Positions 62,101 through 64,000 of a stretch of 64,000 bases of DNA are shown one piece after another (positions within the stretch are counted from its first letter, which is position 1; the number at the start of each line of letters is the position of its first letter). The notes under the pieces were generated by a model, which did no database searches, had not been told where the DNA came from, and was given only the letters and a program-made list of their open reading frames with translations. Origin of the DNA: Anthoceros angustus (Eukaryota; Plantae; Anthocerotophyta). Position numbers and translations under genes: made by a program. Location: assembly GCA_010909165.1 (NCBI GenBank), contig MU008174.1, positions 496,001-560,000 on the forward strand, read 5' to 3'.

Positions 62101-64000
62101 AAGACTTATTGGGCAGAGGCCATTCTTTCAGCAACCTATCTCATCAATAGACTGCCGACATCTGCAGTCCAAGGTATGACACCTTATGAAGCCTTTATTG
62201 GTAGGAAGCCTTCAATCGACCATCTTGAGTTTTGGATCTCCGCTTATGTCTTTATACCTAAAGCACGGTGAAGCTAGATCCTAAGGGCCAAGTATACTTT
62301 CATTGGCTACAGAAGGCATCAAAGGATACAAACTATTTGATCCTGCTGGAAGCTCTTATATGCGAGTGTCACTTTTAATGAGTCCCATATACTTTCACCT
62401 TGTTAGCTCCTGCGGACACTCCTCATGATGTTCTTCCTCCCGAGAACACCGAGTATTCATCTTTTGATGATCATGATTTCATAACTCAACATATTGTCCT
62501 GCTCCTGTTCACATTGTTGCACCTATCTGCAGAGGAGGAGGAGCTACATATCCTCGGCCTCGTGGGCCTACGACTCGGATCCCGAAGAACCTCAACACCT
62601 TGAGGACATCCCGATCTCAGAGGACACCAAGAACCTCTTGAGGATGATTATCAGTCGAAGATGAGCCCGCTTCTCCTATACGAACCACTCATGAAGAGGT
62701 CGCGTTGATGATGAACAACACCAAGGTACAACGAGAACTAGACCGATTATTTGGGACCTGGGATGGAAAGAACCACCCCTGGGATACCTTGCTACCTTTG
62801 ATGATCCTATTTCTCCCTTCTCCCTTTTTCACCAGGCTGTCTATAAAGCCACTGTTGATCCCGAAGAACCTCTGACCTTGAAACAAGCATTTTCCTCTCC
62901 AGAGAAAGACTTGTGGAAAGTAGCAGTAGATTCTGAGTATAACTCATTAGTTAAAAACTCGACATGGGAATTGGTGAAACCACCTAAGGGCAGAAAAATA
63001 GTGACTAGCAAGTGGGTATTCAAAATCAAACGAAAGGGTGATGGTTCCATTGAGAGATACAAGGCACGATTAGTGGCTAGAGGGTTTACCGGATCACAGT
63101 TTAGATTATCTACCCCATGCCACTTATGCACCGTTGCCAAGTTTGCCTCCCTAAGAATGATCTTAGCCTTAACCACACAACATGACCTTCACCTCCACAT
63201 GATGGATGTCAACCCGCATGGACGTCTACAAGAGGAGATCTATGAGAGACAGGCTATGAGGTCAAGGGAAAGGAAGATTGGGTGTGCAAACTTATTAATT
63301 TTATGGCACAAGCAATCGAAAAGAATGGAATGTCATCATACATGTCAAGCTAGTTAATCGTGGCTTCAAACGAAGCAAAGCCGATGCTAGCATGTACATA
63401 TTGAAATCGAAGTGATATAATTTACCTTCTACTTTATGTCGACGACTTGTTTATGGCCTCATCTTCCTTATCCCTCCCAGAAATCAAGGCATGGTTACGA
63501 AGTCATTTTGAGATGGTGATCTAGAGATGACCTTATGCCCTTGGCGTTAATATCATCGGGGATAGAGGCAACAAAACTCTAAGCTTAGTTCAGACTAAGT
63601 ATATTAAAGAGAGTTTAACAAAATTTGATTAGAAGAAGCAACCCACTACCCCTTTGTTAGTGGCATTAGGCTCACCTCAAATATGAGCCCTAAAAGCGGT
63701 CACGAAGCATGATATCGGCGGTACCATGTAGACATCTTTTGACACCACGATTTGCATGCCGCTTCCAAGGGCACGACAAGCAGAAGTTGTTGCATATTCC
63801 AACATTCGTGCCACCGGAAGGAACATTGGCTATCGTCAAACGTATCTTGATACCTCAAAGGAACTATGCACACCGGATTGACTTACAAGTACAAACCCGG
63901 CATACCCAATTTAATCCTAACGACCGATGTCGACTATGCGTGATCCGCATAACAGAATCAGATCCGGCTATGTTCTACTATTGGGAGGTGCTCCAATCTC
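59112..64000 (+). mobile_element. Copia element 2 (LTR 59112-59369, PBS, gag, protease, integrase, RT, RNase H start), frameshifted, runs off the window
   Basis: LWDIVSG, RGRGRGRGRG, YWYLDG, LWHCRLGHP, FIDDYSRF, LRSDNGGEFTS, EPLTLKQA...WELVKPPKGRKIVTSKWVFKIK...YKARLVARGF, YVDDL, SGYVLLLGGAPIS. Confidence 0.92.

Overview
This is eukaryotic plant (streptophyte) nuclear DNA, not prokaryotic. The genes have short GT-AG introns (mostly about 70-250 nt), as in a compact non-seed-plant genome; the species cannot be fixed from the sequence. A gene-rich core (16.9-39.1 kb) holds five host genes: (1) an intronless 1212-aa acidic/basic disordered orphan; (2) an 8-exon secreted prolyl 4-hydroxylase with a C-terminal ShK-type domain; (3) a 6-exon ~1186-aa repeat protein with a putative ubiquitin-like N-domain and C-terminal Zn finger; (4) a NIMA-related kinase (minus); (5) a zf-DNL/Zim17 chaperone (minus). 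The left flank (1-16 kb) is decayed transposon sequence: a prokaryote-type N4-C/N6-A DNA methyltransferase-like gene, two convergent Sola2-like DDD transposase relics, Ty3/Gypsy fragments, a palindromic 33-bp array and a TA-flanked TIR element filled with minisatellite. The right flank (39.8-64 kb) is a mosaic of nested Gypsy, LINE and Copia elements with several partial duplicates, some joined at short microhomologies. Repeat copies differ mostly by 1-4 nt deletions while the P4H and repeat-protein gene models splice cleanly in frame, so many frameshifts (and perhaps some duplications) may be long-read assembly errors. The best candidate for a new system is the methyltransferase beside the Sola2-like transposase. 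No CRISPR array, rRNA or tRNA gene was recognised.
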